Source: Phaeosaccion multiseriatum (lineage: Eukaryota > Protista > Ochrophyta, other classes). From it: 64,000 nt of DNA. Numbering within the stretch: the stretch's first letter is position 1; each line of letters opens with the position of its first letter. Shown in pieces: positions 12,586 through 25,333 of this stretch. The notes under the pieces were generated by a model, which saw only the letters and a list, made by a program, of their open reading frames with translations, did not search any database and had not been told where the DNA came from. Position numbers and translations under genes: made by a program. Location of the stretch: assembly GCA_965112735.1 (NCBI GenBank), contig OZ218954.1, forward strand, positions 1,612,001 to 1,676,000. The letters are read 5' to 3'.

Positions 12586-13645
12586 CTCTCTCTCTATCTA
12601 TCTGTCTATCTCTCTCTCTCTCTCTCTCCCTCTCTCTCGCATTTTCTCTCCGCCCTCCCCCCGTTTCTCTCTCTCTTCTGCGCATGCCCGGTACCCCCCT
12701 CGTCCCTCTCTCCCTATCTTCCTCCTAATGTCCTTGGATATATCCCTTTCACAACCTTCCTGCCTTACGTAAGGCGCGGGCTGCTACGCGGACAACGAAG
12801 TGGGGGCCGCCGCCGCCACCGGAGACGGTGACGTCATGATGCGCTTCCTGCCCTCTTTCAGTGCTGTTCAGCACATGCGGACGGGAGAGGTGAGTGGTGT
12901 GGATTGGGGCCGCAGCGAGGGCCACAGGAGAGGCCAGAGCAAGCCTTTTTTTGTCTATAGTAAAGCAATCGCTCGCTTGGGCAGGGAGCAGGGGGGGGGG
13001 CTGTCTTTCCTGCCCTTGCTCTTGTTCTTGCTCTTGCTGCTGCTGCTAATTTTTGTGGTGGTGGTGCTCCTGCTCTTGCTGGTGCAGCTGGTGCTGCCCT
13101 TGCTGCCTCTCCCGCCTCTACCTCTGGGCACTCATGTTCGCTACTGACGCCCGAGAGACCGCTCCTGCCTGGTGCTGCTGCTGCTGCTGGTGCTACGATA
13201 TTCACAGGACCCCGAAACCGCATGTGCTTTAGCTCTTTGCTCTGTTCTGCGCTTCTCCCCGGCCTTTTCGGGAGCCCTGTTGTGCGTTACCTCTGGCGGT
13301 GAGGTGGGGGCGGCTCGACATCAGTATGGCACCTTTAAGTACTCATATGTAAGGGCGACGGAGGCCAGGAGCAGCAGCAGCAGGAGCAGTAGCAGCGCCG
13401 CGGGACTGGGGGAAGCCTTGGCGATCAGTGAAGAGCTGTGTCGCACAATGGGAGGAGCAGGTCGCAGGAGTAGCGGCAACCCTAGTAAGAGGAGTAGTGG
13501 TAGGAGTGGTGGCAGTGGTGGTGGTAGCACAGATGGTAGTGGTGGTGGCAGTGGTGGTAGCAGCAGTAGTCGTAGTAGGCATGACTCTTCATCTACGGCC
13601 AAGGCCCAGGCTCAAGCGTATGCCCGACCCGTCCAGGTTACCTGA
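10858..13645 (+). CDS. AGA: N(4)-(beta-N-acetylglucosaminyl)-L-asparaginase (aspartylglucosaminidase)
   Basis: Signal peptide [18 protein letters not shown]. Motifs [19 protein letters not shown]...[18 protein letters not shown], autoproteolysis site [22 protein letters not shown] and [14 protein letters not shown]. Exons ..11316, 11539-11624, 11789-12113, 12248-12325, 12774-12889, 13208-13645. The 5' frame needs an intron or a repeat correction (see findings). Confidence 0.95.
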
Positions 13646-13659
13646 GGCGTGCGGTGATG

Positions 13660-13896
13660 ATGTATGTATGAATGTATGTATGCATGTATGAATGTATATA
13701 TGTGTGTTTGTATGTATGTATGTATGTATGTATGTATGTATGTATGTATGTATGTATGTATGTATGTATGTATGTATGTATGTATGTATCTATGTATGTA
13801 TGTATGTATGTATGTATGTATGTATGTATGTGTGTATGTATGTATGTATGTATGTGTGTATGTATGTATGTATGTATGTATGTGTGTATGTATGTA
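13660..13896. repeat. (TATG)n microsatellite between convergent genes
   Basis: Directly visible tetranucleotide array. Confidence 0.95.
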
Positions 13897-14196
13897 GGTG
13901 GAAGTAAGAAAGAGGGTGAGTACCGTAGGCCATTTCAATGAAGTCATCGTGCGTATCTTATTGAGTGTGAATGGCCCTCCTCCACTCTAACTTTCAGTCA
14001 TTGTATTGACTTCTAACATTGGCCGTAACAAGCTGGTCCCAGAGCACACAGCTCATCTTTGTTACAGCGTTCGTCTATAAAGACCTGTGGTATTTGACAA
14101 GTGCTGTAGACCATGAACAATAGAATACCATCCCCTCTTGCGTGATTCGTGTGGCCCCCCACCAGGCCCTGCCGCTGTGCCTTACGTATGTATGCC

Positions 14197-14484
14197 TTAC
14201 GTAGCGCACTTGGCCTTAGCTCTCTCCACCTCGTGCTCATGCTGCAGCGGCACACGCACCCACAGAGGAGAGAAGGACTGCCCTTCTCGATGGAGCTTTT
14301 TGCAGAGGAACGTGCCCACTCTTGGGTACCCCGCCAGTACATTGTCCACACCGCTGCGAGAGAGATGATAAATCTCACACGTTGACGAGGCTCGCACCTC
14401 CACCGTCCAGGAGAGAGGCACGTCGGTGGGCAGTAGCACCGCGGCCTCGGCAAAGTAGCTGTCCTCTTGCAGTGACTGCTTCTG

Positions 14485-14523
<39 letters not shown>

Positions 14524-16388
14524 GTGGTGGTGGTGGTGGTGGTGGTGGTGGTGGTGGTGATGGTGGTGGTGATGATGACGATGGGTGGCGTCCTCGACCC
14601 CCGGGGGTCTATCGGCAGAATGAGCCACGACCGATCCGCGCGTAATGAAGGACATGTCCCTGGTCGGCACCTTTTGAGGCGTTGATGCATTGAGACGTGG
14701 AGTCAGCGGCCAGGCCCAGTCAGTCAGTCAGTCGGCCAGTCAGTCCATCGGCCAGTGAATCCGTCAAATAGTAGGCAAGGCCAAGAATTGGGAAGGGGAG
14801 AGCGAGGAGCTGTTACGTTCGAGGAGCAGTGGAGTGTGAAGAGCGGAGGAGAGAGGCAACACCACTTCTTTCCTTGCTTCCTTTCTTCCTTCCCGCCTAC
14901 CCCTCCCTCGACTTCGATTTCTCTTCACTATTTAGCAGCTGCCCTCCCTTCCCTTCATCTTTCCCTTCCCTTCCTGTCCGCCGTACCATTGGTGATAGGA
15001 TGGTTTCTCGCTCCACGTACAGCGCCGGCTGGAGGAAAGGAATGATGACGGTGAGGAAGCCGGACACAGTCGCCTCCACGGAGCAAAGCAGAGGGACGTG
15101 AGGAATCATCCGGCGGGCGAGATGGATCTGAAGAGAGCAAGGAGTCCAGCCGGAGGGGGCGGGGGGTAGAAGGAAGCAGTGCATGGAGGGAGGATAGGGG
15201 ATGAGGCGAGCCGGCATTGACATGGGCAGTCTGTGTATTCGTATGATAGTGTTGTTTGTCACCATCCGTCCGTCGCTCGGTTCTCTCCACGGCCTTACAC
15301 GGACAGCCACTCTGTCTCTCTCTCAGAGTATACACAGTCACACACACACATACACACATACACACATACACATATGCACACACGCACGCACACACACCCA
15401 CACACATACACACACAATCTCTCCCCTACCTGTACGGGCGTTCGGAGGAAGGCTGGCAGTCCATCGAGGAGCTTGGCTTGGGAGAAGACGCTGTTGACGG
15501 TGAGAGAGTGCTTGTAGTGGCAAATCACGCTGCGCTCCTGCTCCGGTCCCAAGGGAAGGTCGCTGAGGTACTCGTTCACGTAGCGTCTGAGGGAGTGGGT
15601 GAGTGAGTGAGTGAGAGCGAAGCGTAAAGTACGAAGGGCAACGGGCAAAGAGCCAAAGCACTGGGGGATGGCAGTGGAGGGGTTAGGGGCCTGGGTCGAA
15701 GCAAGCGAAGAAAGATGATGCGAATGACGCACATTTGGCTTTTCCTTGCACGCCGGGCGGGGTCGCGATTGAGCACGATATCCACGAGGTTTCCGACGAC
15801 CCATGCGAACAGGCTTGTACCAAGCACCTGACTGGCCATGCCGACCATCATCTCAGAGGCGTTGTCGCGCGTAGGGCCAATGTCTCCGTATCCAACTGAG
15901 GCACAGGTAGGTAGGTAAGTAGGTAGGATAGAAGGAGGAAGAAGGAGGAGGAAGGTAGATAGGTAGGCAGTAGGAGGTAGGCACGTAGGTGGGTAGGTAG
16001 GTAGGTAAGTGGGTAGGCAGGTAGGTAGGCAAGTAGGTAGGTGGGTAGGAAGGTGGGTATAGGTAGGTAGGTAGGTAGGTAGGTAGGTAGGTAGGTAGGT
16101 AGGTAGGTAGGTAGGTAGGTAGGTAGGTAGGTAGGTAGGTAGGGAAGTAGGTACGTAGGTAGGTAGGTGGGAGGTTGGTAGGCGCGTAGGTAGGTAGGTA
16201 GATGGGTAGGTAGGTAGGCAGGTAGGCAAGTAGGTAGGTGGGTAGGAAGGTGGGTAAGTAGGTAGGTAGGCAGGTACGTACGTACGTACGTAGGTAGGTA
16301 GGTTGGTAGGTAGGTAGGAAGAAGGAGATAGGCAGGGAGGTGCATGTAGGTACTACTACTACTACTACTGCTACTACTACTACTATTT

Positions 16389-16421
<33 letters not shown>

Positions 16422-16647
16422 CTACTACTTTGCTACTTGCCTGTGGTCATGGTGGTGAGTGCCCAGTACACCGCCGCAACGTACTTGTTCCACTTGGAGT
16501 CGTCCTGCAGACAGTCAGTGAAGTCATCGTCGCTGGTGCAGTAGCTCGCCACCCAGTTGGTCTGCGTGGATCGAAGCAGGTGCAATCGAGGGTATATGGG
16601 CATATTGTCAAGCCCAGGAAGGAAGGAAGGAAGGAAGGAAGGAAGGA

Positions 16648-16701
<54 letters not shown>

Positions 16702-16951
16702 TCAGTCAGTCAGTCCGTCAGTCAAGTCACTCTCTCAAATCAACTCCCCACTCCCTGACTCACTCTCTCTCTCTCACACACGGGGAGATAGACGCACAAA
16801 CCACCACGACACTCATCCACACTCGTAAACACACTCACTCACTCACTCACTCACTCACTCACTCAGTCACTCAGTCACTCACTCACTCACTCACTTACTC
16901 ACTCACTCACTCACTCACTCACAGACACACACTCTCTTAAACACACACATA

Positions 16952-17008
<57 letters not shown>

Positions 17009-20000
17009 ACACACCTCTCCATAGTTGCCGACCGCGAACCACGCACACGCATTGAGATGCGCCGCGAAGAAGATGATGGCCACACACTTGGCCAGACGGG
17101 TGGTGGAGGGGCCGAGAAACACTGCACCCTCGAATCGCTCCAAGACGTCACTCATCTTCATCAATCGCGCGATCTTGACGAGTCTCACGACGCGGAAACC
17201 GCGGATGAGCTTAGTTGAGTGGAGAAGGTGCGCATCGGCGAAGAGCACGGAGAGAATCTGTGCAACAAGACCAGGCGGGTGGGGAGGGTTCCAGAACAAA
17301 GATTGACGTGCTGTTGCGCAGCCAGTTGTGACTGACCACGAAGGACAAAGACAAACTCTCACCTGCTGAAGTGGTAGGGTGCTGGCGAGGTCGAGGAGGA
17401 AAGTGCGCTTGAGATAATGCCGAGCGACTCTCTTTGGGGACACCACGAGCACGCCACTCTCCTTGCGGTAGGCCGTCCTGAGAGCGCGGGCAGCACGCAC
17501 GCACACACACAAACAGTGAGGCACGCAGAGCAAGGGGGAGAGAGAGTGGGGCGGGGGGGAGAGAGGAAGAGCGGGAGAGTATCGCAGAGGAGGGGCAAGA
17601 GTGTGAGCGAGGCAAGGAGCATTAGGAATCAGGGCATGCCTTCGTTCCGTCTGTGCACATGTATGTGCGGTCCGAAACACGACTCAGTCCTTCATTCTTA
17701 GGGAGGGGGGCATTTCTTTGTGTCTTTTGGTAGGAAAGCTATCTCGAGAGAGAAGAGAACGAGCGCCGAATCGTGACGCTTCCCCCTCTTCCCCTCTCCT
17801 CCCCTCCCCAGTGGTCACCACCCTTCCAGCTTTTACTTACCTGAAGCTGACGATCATATCACATAGGAAGGTTCCGTCGATGATCCAGTTCAGCCTGGCC
17901 CATGCTCCGGTGGGCGGTTCATTGAATGCCAAGCGGTAGGTGACCTCGATGACACTCCAGATGATGAGGATAGACATGAAGACATCCCAGCTGATCTTAG
18001 GAACACTCTCGGGGTGGATCATACGCTCCTGAATAAAATGATTGAGTTATTGAGTGAGTTGATGGGTTGATTGAATGATTGATGGATTGGTCGATCGGGC
18101 GGGAGATGGAAGAAGCAAACAGGGCGGGGCAGGGCAAAGCAAAGCAAAGCGCAGAGTCAGCCCGGCGAGACCAGTACATGCGGCGAGTCAGTCAAACGAA
18201 GGGGGTGGCCAATTTGCTACTTTCACGCCGCAGGGAGGGCTACGTTGGCCTCAAGGGTCAAGGTTTGTTGGGCAGCGGTGCAGCTGGTATGTGCCTGCCA
18301 GTCGTGTGACAGCAGTTGGCATGTGCCTACTCGCACACACACACACACGCACATACATGCCAGTAGCGTGGATGGTAGTTGGCAGTGCCAGTGGCGTGAC
18401 ACGATGGCACGTACCCGTTTGAAGAGCTCCGGCGCTCGGGCGGCCTTCGAGTAATACTGCCCCGCTCCGATGCTTTCTGTATCATCATCATCGCTGTCCT
18501 CAGACTCAGACTCAGACTCAGACTCAGACTCCCCCACCTCAATGCGTTGGTTCTTCGCCTGCGACCATCGGCGCTCCGTTGGCTGTTGCTTCAGCGATGA
18601 AGACTGTGGCCCACTACTCTCCTTCCCCCTCCTACTCCTCTTGCGAGTCCTTCTCTCTCCGTCTTGCTCGTACTTGCTGGGCCGGTGACCTTTTCCTCCT
18701 CCTCTTCCTCCCCTCCCCCCTCCTCCCTCCTCCACACCCCAGCTTTCCTCATCCTCTCCCTCCTCGTAGGCAAACCCCTCCCAAGGCTTCCCACCGCGAC
18801 CTCCATCAACAGAGCCCTTCCTCCCTGAACGCCCTGCAGAAGAGGCTCCTCCAACGTAGCCTCGTGTACCAAACAATCCCCTTAGGCGTCCCACCATCCC
18901 GCCCCACCTGCTGCTGCTGCTGCTGCTGCTGTTGCTGCTTGTGGAGATGATCCTGGCTGCTGCTGTCTCATCCGCGTGCGAAGAATACGCCGGCGATGGC
19001 GGGCGGGGGCTCACCCCGAACGTCTTGGCAGTATCTAAACGATACTCAACCCCCGACAGCTCATCGCGGTCATCCCTGGCCGCTTGGGTCTGAGCTTGCT
19101 CTTTCTGAAACGCCAAAAGTGTCCGACGGTGCAGCACGGCTTCCCTCCTGAAGGCTTGAAGCTCGTCAGGCCACCCCCTGGAAAGGATCTGCAGCAAAGA
19201 CCCCTTTGCAACGCATACGCACTCCGTCGTGGTCAAGGCAACGGCCGAGTAGCTTGATTGCATCTCCAGAAACAAGTCGTGGCCCAGCGGATAGTCGCAC
19301 CCCACCTCCTTCCATGGCAACTGCTTCTGCTTCTGCTTTTGCTTCTCATTGTGCCACCGCATGTCTGCTTCCTCTTCCTCTTCCTGCCCCTCCTCCTCCT
19401 CCTCCTCCTCCTCCTCCTCCTCCTCCTCCTCCTCCTCCTCCTCCTCCTCCTCCTCCTCCTTCTCCTCCTCGTCGTCGTCTTCGTCATCCTCCCGCTGCTG
19501 CTGCTGCTGTCGCTCCCCCTCCTCTTCCTCCTCTTCCTCCTGAAATCTCCTCGTCAGTACCAACCTGCTCCCGTCGGTCATCGCAACAGGAGAGGCAGTG
19601 CGCTCCCCCCTGGGTTGCCCCTCCCGGGGTGGAGGAGGAGGTAAAGAGGAGTCTGAATCGGAAGACGACGACGACGTCACAAAGAGCTGTACCCTCCCTG
19701 CTAACACGAGATACCACTGCGTCAACACGCCACCCTGTACCACCATCAGCTCGCCTGCGGGGGCGAAGCAGGGAGAGAGCTCAGCAAGGAGAGCCACCAC
19801 GAAGGATGGGGGCAAGGAAGAGAGACGCTTGGAATGGGATAGCACGGATTCGTGCTCGGCCAGCATCTAAGGGAGGGAGGGGAGGGAGGGGAGGGAGGGG
19901 AGGGAGGCAGGCAGGGAGGGAGGGAGGCAGGCAGGCAGGGAGGGAGGGAGGGAGGGAGGGAGGGAGGGAGGGAGGGAGGGAGGGAGGGAGGGGCGGTGAG

Positions 20001-22831
20001 TATGACCGCCAAGCGTGCAATGTCCATGCCGGATCTCAACCAAAGTATGCTCGGCGCGTGTGTGCGTGCGTCACCCCACCAAGCGACACACCCACCACTG
20101 AGAGCGCGGGCAGCGCTGGCAAGGCCCCCTGAATCTGCCTGGAGTCGAAGGCCGTGGAGTGCTTGTAGATGTACGTGTACTGTCTCCGGACGCGATCTGC
20201 CAGTTGGGGGGGGAAGGCGCGCTCGAAGATCCACTCCTTCACGGCGCTGACGCGATCGCGCTGAATAGCGTCCGACACACTGAAGTTCTCCGCGATGCTT
20301 GTGACGTTACCCACGATGTAACCAAAGCAGGAGGCGCCGATGAGCATAGCAAGTATACACATGCCTCTCTCCAGAGAGTTGCTGACGTTGATGTCTCCAT
20401 ACCCCACGGTGGTCATGGTGGTGAAGGCCCAGTAGAGAGAGGCAAGGTAGCGGTGACTCACACTCTCGTCCTCAATGCCGTAGTACGAGAGCCAAGTGAT
20501 GGTGTCCGAGCCCTTGATGATGGCCATGTAGTGCCATGTGCAGCCCATGAGGTGGGCTACGAAGCAAAGCGACACGAACATTTGCAGGAGGCTGGAAGTG
20601 GAGGGGTGGATCCACGGTTTCGACGGTTTCCTCTCGTCATGCGACTGTGTGTGGGGGCGAAAGTAAACGGAGAAGGGACCAGTGTAGAGCAAGAGAAGAG
20701 CGAGGGGGAGGAGGATGGAGAGAGAAAGAGAGAGAGAGAGAGACGGAGGAGAGGAGAGAAGTGGGGCGGGCATGGGGAGTGACCAAGGAGAGGAGAGGAG
20801 AGGAGCAGGGTGGGCGCGAGGAGGAGCAAGGAGCGTCAGGGACAGCGAGGGGTAACATGAGAGAGGGAAGGCTCTTCGACAGTTGCAAGAGGTTGGAGCG
20901 GGCTGCGTCAACCGCCGCATAGGGGTTCTTCTCCGCGATTGCGAATGAGGACGGCGTTGTTGACTTAGCACACAACCATACGATACCCATTGACTGACTG
21001 CTGTATATCCATATGACTGACTGCTGTGCGTACCTCCATCATCTGAGAGAGCTTGATGAGACGGGCCAATCGCACCAAGCGCAGCACCCGCAGCAGCCGC
21101 GTGAAGGCCAGGAGCTCCGTCTCGGCTTCTCCAGGGGAGGAGCTCCGCTCACCACTCACGGCCGTGAGGCTGATGGCAAGGGTGACGCACTCCTCGAAGG
21201 GGACAGTGCTAAGGAGGTCCATGAAGAACCAGCCTCGAAGGTACCTTAAGGGGGGGGGGGGGGCAGCAGGGTCAGGATCGGAGGTCGGATGCGCCGTATT
21301 AGAGTGATGCGGCGGCAGTACATGAAAGGAAGGATGGGGAGGTGGTCCCCGTATGGAGGAGCGAACTACAACAGGCACATCTCTGCTTCTCCCTCTGTCC
21401 CTCTCCCCTCCCTACCTCGTGCTCTCCCTCGTCTTTCTTCGTCTCTCCCTCTCCCCCTTTTCCCTCCCCCCCTCCCCCCCAACTCTTCTCTCTCTATCTC
21501 TCTCTCTCCATTGCTCACCTCTGGGCGATGCGTTTTCCGTCAGTTACAATGGTCCCCTGTCGGTCGAAGTACACCGTTCGAAAAGTGACAATCATATCTG
21601 TCAAAAACAGCAGATCCACGATGAAGTCGAAGACAATCTCCCCCGTTTTGTTTGTGGTAATATCAAACCCCACCCTCAGCGGCACCGACAAGCAGCTATA
21701 GATGATGAGCAAACCCACAAAAACGTCCCACAAGAGCTTCTCCGGCTGGTGCGGGTGAAGCATCATCGCGGAAAGCTTGTTTTGTGGCCCACTGTCGCTG
21801 CTGCTCCTGCTTCTGCGCTTCTTCCACGTGTTGCGCCTCGTAGGAGGGGATGGAAGAGGTACCACCGCTGCATCCGCATCTCCTCCTGCATCAACAACGG
21901 AGTCGAACCCTTCGACGGGCGTGGCCATGGTGCCTCCTATTCTCGGACTCCAGCGGCCCTTTGCACAAGGAGTAGGACTACCAGAAGCGGGCACAGCAGC
22001 AGCCGCAGTAGCAGCAATAGGATGGGGCACAGCCATGTAATGAAAGAGCTGCCCGCGGCTCTCAAGCGCCTGCTGCAGCTTACTGCCCAAGTCCAGCCTT
22101 CCCTGGTCTACCGCGTTGGTAGCAGCAGCAGCAGTTGGGGACATAGCAGAGGCTCCTCCCGCTGTCTCCTCGAAGAAAGAGCTGGGGCTGCCTGCAGCAG
22201 AGCAAATGGGTACTCTCATGGAGCTGGAAGCGGCTGCCACTGAAGCTAAGCTTGCCGGCGCCATCTGACTTGCCTCCCCGACCCACCCATTCTGTTGTGT
22301 TCCGCCACGTGTTCTTCCCCGCCTTCTCAGTCTTGTCTTCCTGCCCGAAGTGGGGCCTATCATTAGTAGTTCGCCTATCCCGGAGAGAGCAGCGCCACCC
22401 CAACCTTCATCTTCTTCTTTGCTGCTGTCCTGTGCAGAATCTTTGTCGCGCCAGTGATGATGACGATGACCATGCAATGACGGCGCTATAAGCTCCTCCC
22501 GAACCTCCTCATTCAAGGCCTGACGTTCCTCCTGGGTGAGCGGAAAGTCGTCTCCGAGAAGGGTGCTGTGCCCCATCCCACCAAATATCTCGTCTGCACC
22601 AAGGCTAGCCCCCTGATCCTCCCCACCGAGCAGCAACGAGCTCCGAATCTCACCAGTCCCGCGACGGTGGCTGCCTTCGTGCACACCTCCTGCGTTTAGA
22701 ATGCAACCCTCTCCATGGGTGTTGCGATCCCCCATGCCGCTGGCCATGTGGTCATCGTCGTCGAACACCGAGGCCCGCCGCCTCCGTGAGGCCTGCCGAG
22801 CCAGCTTCTGCAGCATGACCTGTCGAGCCAT
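14197..22831 (-). CDS. tandem two-repeat voltage-gated K+ channel of the CNBD/EAG-HCN-CNG superfamily (~1708 aa, 12 exons)
   Basis: Exons 22831-21519, 21244-21034, 20644-20096, 19866-18415, 18028-17841, 17477-17363, 17257-17015, 16561-16441, 15895-15733, 15586-15430, 15127-14987 and 14670-14197 join in frame. Two S1 starts (HP..KLLWD, HP..KISWD), two S4 segments (RLLRVLRLVRLARLIK, KLIRGFRVVRLVKIARLMK), two pores (YWAFTTMTTVGYGD, YWALTTMTTVGYGD), and two C-linker/CNBD-fold regions. Confidence 0.93.
15906..17014. repeat. intronic compound microsatellites (TAGG, CTA, GGAA/GGCA, CACT, CA) in the channel gene
   Basis: Visible arrays flanking the small pore exon 16441-16561. Confidence 0.9.
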
Positions 22832-23054
22832 GGCTCCCCCAGCCCCTGCAATTAACTAACTAACATTCACCCAGCTACTCCAAAAGTAAGAATTACAAGA
22901 ATCCGACGGCGAAAAGTAACGCTTATGTTTCCACGACGGGATGGGCCCATACCTTTCCCCCCCCCTTCCATCCCCTTCTCGAACTCTTTCATCCTCCCCC
23001 ATTTATTTTTTATTTTCCTCCCAGACTGCGGTGCGTGAATAAGGAGAGTACCTA
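22832..23054. promoter_or_regulatory. probable bidirectional promoter (channel / FES1)
   Basis: 223 bp between divergent ATGs. Specific elements not identified. Confidence 0.45.
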
Positions 23055-25080
23055 ATGGCTGCTCCGGAATGGCTGGGTCTGCTAAAATGGAGCTTGGCTC
23101 ATGCCGAGGAAGGAAGGATGCCCAAACCGATGAGCGAGGAGGACAAGGAATGGCTGACTTCTGTGATGAAGGCCACTGTGCGGGACCACGCGAAGGCTTT
23201 GACAGACGCGTTCGAGTCCCTGGTCGACTACAACCGCAGCGAAGCAGGGGCGGAGGCGGAGGAGGGAGGAGAAGCGACCGAGGCGACGGAGAGGATACTC
23301 TTCATCCTCGACGACCTGGAGGTGCTGCCCTTGTTCGGAGGTGACGCTGCTTCCTCTTAAAAAGCCCTGACTTCACTTTCTCTCTCCTCTTCTCTTCTTC
23401 AATCTGCACAGGATGTCGTTTGTCAGGTAGACATGGCCCAGGCCTTTGTGAAAATTGGTAAGTACGGCGCTTGCTTGGCGAAACGCCCGCCAGCCACCTC
23501 GAGCACCCATCCGTCTTTCGTAGCCTCGCCTCATCTTACGCTGCTGATGACTCTAATGCGCTCTCCGATGCCCCAGGTGGACCGGGATGTTTGCTGGAGT
23601 TGGTCGCGTCTCCCGACCCGACAAAGCCGGAGGAGCCGCGGTGTGCTGCGGCCCTGGTGATTGCGACACTCTGTCAGGTGCGTCTCTTTCTCTCTCTTCT
23701 ATTCTCTCCATTTCGATCTCTCGCTGTGTCTCTCTCCTCCCCTTCCCCACACACACGCACACACACACCAGTACGAACAAGACCCCAAACTTGCCTCTTC
23801 TCCTCTCTCTCTCCGTGTCTCTCTCTCAGTCTCTCTCTCTACATGTCTCTCTCTCTTCTCTCTCTCTGTGTGTGTCTCTCTCTGTCGATCTTTCTTCATC
23901 AGAACAACCCCCCGGCCCAAGAAGGCTTCCTCCGAGCCGGCGCCCTGAAGCTCCTCCGAAGCATCGTCAGCGGCGCCACAGCAGCCCAGCCCCAAGCAGC
24001 CCCGCAGCTGAGCAGTGAGAAGCTCCGCACCAAGTGCCTCGGAGCCCTGTCCGCGCTTGTGAGAGGCCTGCCGGAAGCGGAGGCTCAGCTGTGTGGGGGG
24101 GGAGGAGGCGGAGGAGGGGGGGGTGCAGTAGCAGTAGGAGGAGGGGCAGGAGAAGGAGGAGGAGAAGGAGATGAGAAGGAGGCCGCAGCGGGGCAGCAGA
24201 GTAGAGCGATGTGGGGCGTGCTGGCCGCGTTGGCTGAGCCGACAGCCTCCGCCGTAACCCCTCTGCAGCGAAAACTCATATTCCTCATGAAGGTGAGTGG
24301 TTGTCTCCCGAGTGAGAGTCTGTCTGCAGTGTGGCTACGCTTTTGGGGCTGTCAGGTGCTGCGCGTTCGCTCTCTGGACTATCTAACTGCCTTTATCCAC
24401 CTTCCTCCCTTTGGACGAGGACTAGGCTTTTGCTACGTTCGGCATCTCATGTCCCAACACGGTGTTTCCCCCTCCCCTCTCAGTGCGCCGATGACGCTCA
24501 TCGTCAAATCCCCATGCATCTCTCTGCCTTCGTTGGTCGTGTTTTGCCTTGCCTTGTGTTTGTTTGTTCCATCCGTCCTTCCTAGGCGCTCATCGGTCCG
24601 GCCGAGACGGGGGACGAACCGGAGCAGCAGGAGAGGAAGGAGCAACAGCGCGGGCGACTACTTTACTTCCTCCCCTACCTCCCTCCAGTGGCGAATAGTT
24701 TGCTATTCGAGGATGACACGGAGGGCGATACGAGTAGCACCAGCGAGGAGGAGGGCAGAGTCATGCTGGCTATCGAGCGATTAGATGCGAGAGAAAGCGC
24801 TCTGCAGCTGCTCCTCGCGTGTGCCCGAGTCGATGGCTCAGTAGTACGAGACGGACTACAAGGAGGAGGAGGAGGAGGAGGAGGAGGCGGGGGATTAAAA
24901 GAGGAGTACAAGGGGGTCGGGGCAGTCATGGAACAGGCGCGGAGCAAGAGATTGAGTATTCTGAATCGACTCGTTGGAGAGGGCGACGAGCAGGCCAGGG
25001 ACAACGCTCGAGTGGAGCTGAGCCTCTGGAAAGCGTGGGATAGTGCGATCAGTACTAGTAGTAGTAGATCTTCTGTTTGA
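23055..25080 (+). CDS. FES1: Hsp70 nucleotide exchange factor FES1/HspBP1
   Basis: Exons 23055-23321, 23412-23457, 23577-23677, 23903-24292 and 24586-25080. Motifs WLGLLKWSL, MSEEDKEWL, DDLEDVVCQVDMAQAFVKIGG, IATLCQNNPPAQ and KCLGALSALVR. Confidence 0.9.
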
Positions 25081-25142
25081 TCATGTTTGAAAACATAGTG
25101 CGCACGGATTGGGGAGGAGCAGGAGGAGGAGGAAGAGGTTTG

Positions 25143-25333
25143 AGGAGGGAAGAAACTGAATAGTCATGATGTGAATTATGATGTGATTTGTGTATCATGT
25201 TCTTGCTATGATGTGATATGTATAGTGATACAGCGATGCTGACAGTGTGATGTGATCCGATCATGAGTTAGCAGCGTATGATGCGATACACATGATGTGA
25301 TACATGATGTGATGCATCACGTCGTATCATGAT
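25143..25333. repeat. degenerate ATGATGTG-type satellite downstream of FES1
   Basis: Repeated ATGATGTGAT / ATGATGCGAT variants. Confidence 0.6.
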
